Shown one piece after another: positions 60,138 to 64,000 of a DNA stretch of 64,000 nucleotides; the stretch's first letter is position 1, and every line of letters begins with the position of its first letter. Source of the DNA: Cyanophora paradoxa CCMP329 (lineage: Eukaryota; Plantae; Glaucophyta). The DNA is taken from assembly GCA_004431415.1 (NCBI GenBank), contig QPMI01000516.1, positions 62,001-126,000 on the forward strand, written 5' to 3'. The translations under genes were made by a program, and so were the position numbers. The notes beneath the pieces were generated by a model. It saw only the letters and a list, made by a program, of their open reading frames with translations, had not been told where the DNA came from and did no database searches.

Positions 60138-61196
60138 ATGGACCAGGTTCTGAGTTATACCAAGTATCGACAGAAATTGATTAAAGAAGGTATCACATTT
60201 GATGAGGAAGAACTAAGAAAGCGTTTTAAAAATCAAGAGCTTGAGCAGATCTTTAAGAAGCCCAAAAAGCAAAAGTCTTTCTTGCGGATCATTGCTCCAC
60301 CCAATTCCTTTCAGGTTGATGTGATTTATTTCAAAAGCTACAAGACAGCAACACATGGAGTGGATAGGATGCTGGGATTTGTCGATATATTGAGTCGGAA
60401 AGCATTTGTATACCCTTTCAAGCCAAAGGATTCGAAAATCGATATTTTCAACAGGTTCAAAGTTGAGGCAGGCAAGGTTAGTGCTATCTCAGGAGACAAT
60501 GAGTTCTCTGCTGAGATTTATAGGAAATGGTGTGAGGAAAACAATGTTACACTCTACACTGATGTAGCTAAGAATGACCACATCACAGTAGGTGATAAAC
60601 TTGGTATTATCGATAGGTTCACCAGAACTTTTAAACAATATTTGAGAAAAGCAATAGTTTCGAGTGGGAACCCAAAATGGACTGATTATTACAAACAGGT
60701 TCTGGCAACTTACAACAACAGTCCACACACTTCCCTAAAGAATGATTCACCCAATGCAGTGTATGGGAATAACGAGAAAGAATCGTTCATATATTTGCGT
60801 GATGCATTGCATAACAAACGTATTAAAGAAGGTAGCCCAACAGTAAAGGAGGGAGATTATGTTCGAGCTGTAACTGAAAAGAAGACTTTCGATAAAGAAG
60901 GAGCAAGATACAGCAAACAAGTGTATAAAGTAGCAGGCAAGGTAGGTAATCGATTTAGTTTATTGGAAGAGAATGAGGGAGAGAGTCCAAAGGAAGTAAA
61001 ACGAAACTTTAAACTGAACGAGTTGCAAAAAGTAGATAAGGCAGCAATTGTTAAGATTCCCACACAGAAGCGTGTGGAGCGAGTGAAAAAAACAACGAAG
61101 GTGAATAGATTAGTAGCAAAAGAGGGTATCAAGCCCAATAGGAGCAAAGTAGTTAGGAAGAGGTATAATTTAAGAAGCGGATTGACTAGGCGTTAG
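60138..61196 (+). CDS. int: Retroviral-type (rve) integrase (352 aa)
   Basis: FQVDVI, VDILSRKAF, ISGDNEF, IIDRFTRTFK, YNNSPHTSL..SP and GDYVR...FDK...YS..VYKV motifs of Polinton integrases. Confidence 0.92.
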   Translation: MDQVLSYTKYRQKLIKEGITFDEEELRKRFKNQELEQIFKKPKKQKSFLRIIAPPNSFQVDVIYFKSYKTATHGVDRMLGFVDILSRKAFVYPFKPKDSKIDIFNRFKVEAGKVSAISGDNEFSAEIYRKWCEENNVTLYTDVAKNDHITVGDKLGIIDRFTRTFKQYLRKAIVSSGNPKWTDYYKQVLATYNNSPHTSLKNDSPNAVYGNNEKESFIYLRDALHNKRIKEGSPTVKEGDYVRAVTEKKTFDKEGARYSKQVYKVAGKVGNRFSLLEENEGESPKEVKRNFKLNELQKVDKAAIVKIPTQKRVERVKKTTKVNRLVAKEGIKPNRSKVVRKRYNLRSGLTRR

Positions 61197-61555
61197 GTTG
61201 TGAGGTATGAACCATCTTTCGATTCAACAATTTTCGTGATAGGTCTGAACACTTTGAAAATTTCTTTATTATGGATTCCTTTAACATACCAACCCTTATG
61301 AATGGGGTCCCATCTGAGACCATAAGATTTCGCTAATTGGATATCTTTGAAAGCTACCTGACAATACATTTTAACATTAATGTATTTGATTTCGTCTTCT
61401 GTTAGTTTTCGGAATTCTTTGAAGATCTCACTGTTTTCATCTTCAACAAACCATAGCTTCTTTTCAAAATCCCATTTTGCTCCTTTTGATTTCACCAATT
61501 CACGATCGTCATATCGAGAGAAAATGTAAAAGCGTTGTTGTGGCTTGGTTTCCAT
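61193..61555 (-). CDS. Tandem DUF5710-like domain protein (120 aa)
   Basis: Two copies of the motif: FSRYDDRELVKSKGAKWDFEKKLWFV and YCQVAFKDIQLAKSYGLRWDPIHKGWYV. Its end overlaps the convergent integrase gene by 4 bp. Confidence 0.75.
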   Translation of the reverse strand: METKPQQRFYIFSRYDDRELVKSKGAKWDFEKKLWFVEDENSEIFKEFRKLTEDEIKYINVKMYCQVAFKDIQLAKSYGLRWDPIHKGWYVKGIHNKEIFKVFRPITKIVESKDGSYLTT

Positions 61556-61632
61556 TTTTATTCAGATTATCAGATTATTTTTATATGAAACAATCAATGA
61601 GGAATAACCGAGATTATGATATAACATCGATT

Positions 61633-61807
61633 GTTGTTACTGAGGCTTACTGAGATTTTACGTTTTGTTTTGTGTGGTTACTGTGAATGGTTTGTTTTTT
61701 ATTTGGTTTTGTCGAAACGTTTGTGGAATATCGAAAAGTTTAAAGTTTATTCGATTTTATTACCATATATAATTTCGTGGGGCAGTATGCCCAATTTACA
61801 TTTTTTT
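61633..61807 (-). repeat. Right terminal inverted repeat (175 bp)
   Basis: Reverse complement of 50424-50598 with one mismatch. Confidence 0.97.
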
Positions 61808-61812
61808 GACGC
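61808..61812 (+). repeat. Right target-site duplication GACGC
   Basis: Identical to 50419-50423. Confidence 0.9.
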
Positions 61813-63583
61813 AGGTTGAGGAAGCGTGTATACTGCGGTTCCCGTACAGCTACCCGGCCATGATCGCGATCAGCCGGCGCAATCCGCAGAGCCGCAGATT
61901 CGAACGGATCCATGAACGCATAATTTGATTCGAGCCGCAGCGCACCTGGACGTGCATGCTGCGGATGCTGTCCACAGTGTGCGACTCGACTGGATGTAGA
62001 AGATGCGATTCACTGGCGCAGAATAAACCACCGCCATGACGTTACTCGAGCCTGTAGAGAGCACGCACACGTTACATTGCAGCCGGATATCGACCACAGC
62101 AAGCCTTTTATTTTCGGGTACTCAATCTACACAGAACGCGCACTGATCCAGTCCGACGACGTCCAGGTGCTGCCGCTGAGCGACAGGCGGCGAATCCGGT
62201 CGTTGCCCTGCCAGGCGCTGGCGTGAGCTTGAGCGGAGACGGACAGAATTCATTCTTTTGCCCCCGATCGCGAGTCCCCTGCGACCCTATATCTATGCAC
62301 CGTGTCCGCGACGAACAGTCGGGATGCGGAACTCGCAGTGACGCCGCTCAATGTGCTGTGCGAGACAGTGTTAATGGCCTATGGTCGAATTCCGGATAGT
62401 TTGCTGCAATATGAAGTACAATATGCAGCGCGCACTCGTACATAGCACTCGTCCCGGCGCCGTTGTCGCTGCCTGAAGCCGATATTAATAATGGGCTCAG
62501 ACAGAATGCGGTGATGTTTGATTTTGATTTAATTTTGATTTTGCCAGTTGGGCTCTCGTCTTCAGAGGCCTCTTAAATTACGACGTCGCAGACACGCAGA
62601 ATCGTGCACCGGTGCTAGAAGGGGAGAGTCGCCCGGAGATGAGTGCCGAGGTGCAGGTGCCGTCGACGCGAAACACGCCGGACACCGTGACGACGTACAG
62701 GTTCGAGTCGAAAGTGCTGTAGTGAGCGGCTGCGGAAGGGCACGGTTTCGATTTTAGTTTAAGACATATGTACATTGTTTACAGGCCTTTTTTCGATGGC
62801 GAACCTCGGATCGTGCTAAAGACTGCATTCGAGCCCGTTCCTGATCGATATCATGGGCGGAGCGGCGCGTCGACGTCAGAGTTTTAGAGAATCGGCGAAT
62901 AATTAATTAAAATAGATCAGGGGCAAATAGTGCCAGCGTTGTGGCGTTAATGACGCGCACCTGCGACCGAAGTTGCGGTGGAGGAGGCAGATCTTCCGAC
63001 ACAGAACGCAGAGGCCCCAGGAGACAGGCCGCTCAGCGCACTCGGAACGCCGGCCGGCGTCGGCGAAATTTGCAGGATAGCTCGTCGAATTTGAACGCTA
63101 GCGCCAGAGTCTGCTCGACCATCATGTGAATGACTCGTGATTGGTGAATTCTTATCATACAGTCAAAGTTTTCTACGAAATACGCATACACGCGCGCGCG
63201 CACCCCTGATCTCGGAGGATTTAACGCTCTCAGCGACCGAAATCGAATTATCCAGGGAATTGTCGAGCACAGTTGCGCCAGCGCCGTTCCATAATATTAA
63301 TGCTAGGGACGCCGCGAAGATGGCGAGAAACAGTGCTGCGAGCGCGGCGCCTCTGCTTGAACCTACGAAGGAGCATTTAGATGAGGCCAAATCATTTGAA
63401 TTAAAATTAATTATAAAGTAATATTCTGCCAAATCGTGCGCATGCGCACATGCGTATGCTCGCGTTACCCACGCGCCTGCCGCGATTGCGCTTATCCGCG
63501 GCCTGACCCGTGCACTTGTCGACGGCTTCGCTGCTGCAGCTGGTGCCGCCGACGCCTCCGCTGTCGTTGCTGCTGCAGCTGGT

Positions 63584-63621
<38 letters not shown>

Positions 63622-63663
63622 GCATCGATATGTGTGCTCTCTGCGCTCGCCCGCCGTATGCAT
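61808..63663 (-). pseudogene. 5' portion of the virus-interrupted mucin-like surface protein gene (start codon uncertain)
   Basis: Hydrophobic signal segment AALAALFLAIFAASLALILW, then exons ...RRAILQISPTP..AFCVGR, NLYVVTVSGVFRV, VMAVVYSAPVNRIFYIQSSRTLWT and CTGTAVYTLPQPA, which runs into the TSD. Confidence 0.6.
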
Positions 63664-64000
63664 CCTATTCCGACGCGCTCCAGATGTATTTCGAGAGGAA
63701 CATCAACTCCGAGCAGAAAGCCTGGCCACCACGATCGATATGATGATCATCCAGATCTAGGTGTTCAGAGCTCGTAATCCGAAATACGCGCGCGCTGTAA
63801 TCCAGCTGGAGACTACACAGGCGCCGCGACACCTGGTAAGCTTAAGGCGCCTGCTGTGCCGTAAACGAGTCTATAATACAACACGTCCGCGTGCATCGGC
63901 GGCTGAGCGGCTGCTGATCATGAGCGCATGCGCACTTATTTGCATGTTTTCCTGCGGTTTTTACGCATACTAGTACTACGGCAGCTGCTACCGATCGCGA

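Larger units (their letters stand above)
50424..61807. mobile_element. Endogenous Polinton-like virus (Maverick/Polinton-type), 11,384 bp, apparently complete
   Basis: 175-bp TIRs, GACGC direct repeat on both flanks, abrupt shift to AT-rich intronless DNA, and genes for pPolB, rve integrase, MCP, penton and packaging ATPase. Confidence 0.96.

Overview
GC-rich, intron-dense DNA from a eukaryote (probably a unicellular alga or protist; species not identifiable from this window). About nine multi-exon host genes are visible: two hypothetical genes, a hemerythrin(HHE)-CaaX protein, a bZIP-like factor, an F-box/LRR protein, a polytopic membrane protein, a Kelch+REJ surface protein, a temptin-ferric reductase fusion, and a very large Ser/Pro-rich mucin-like surface protein. 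There is also a 261-bp TA-flanked MITE and an orphan 28S rRNA fragment. The main feature is an AT-rich, intronless 11,384-bp endogenous Polinton-like virus at 50424-61807. It has 175-bp TIRs with one mismatch and a GACGC(A) target-site duplication. It encodes a packaging ATPase (one frameshift), a double-jelly-roll major capsid protein and a penton that both follow Nucleocytoviricota-type motif patterns by eye, two ORFans, a protein-primed PolB (vOTU-like, Zn finger, inserted EndoVII-like module), an rve integrase with a D-D-D triad, and a tandem DUF5710-like protein. No separate maturation protease is visible. Removing the element restores an in-frame exon of the mucin-like gene, so this is a recent insertional disruption. 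Host DNA also shows a recurrent signature of short palindrome-creating insertions. Host gene boundaries are manual exon reconstructions and are approximate; all family assignments are motif recognition, not database searches.
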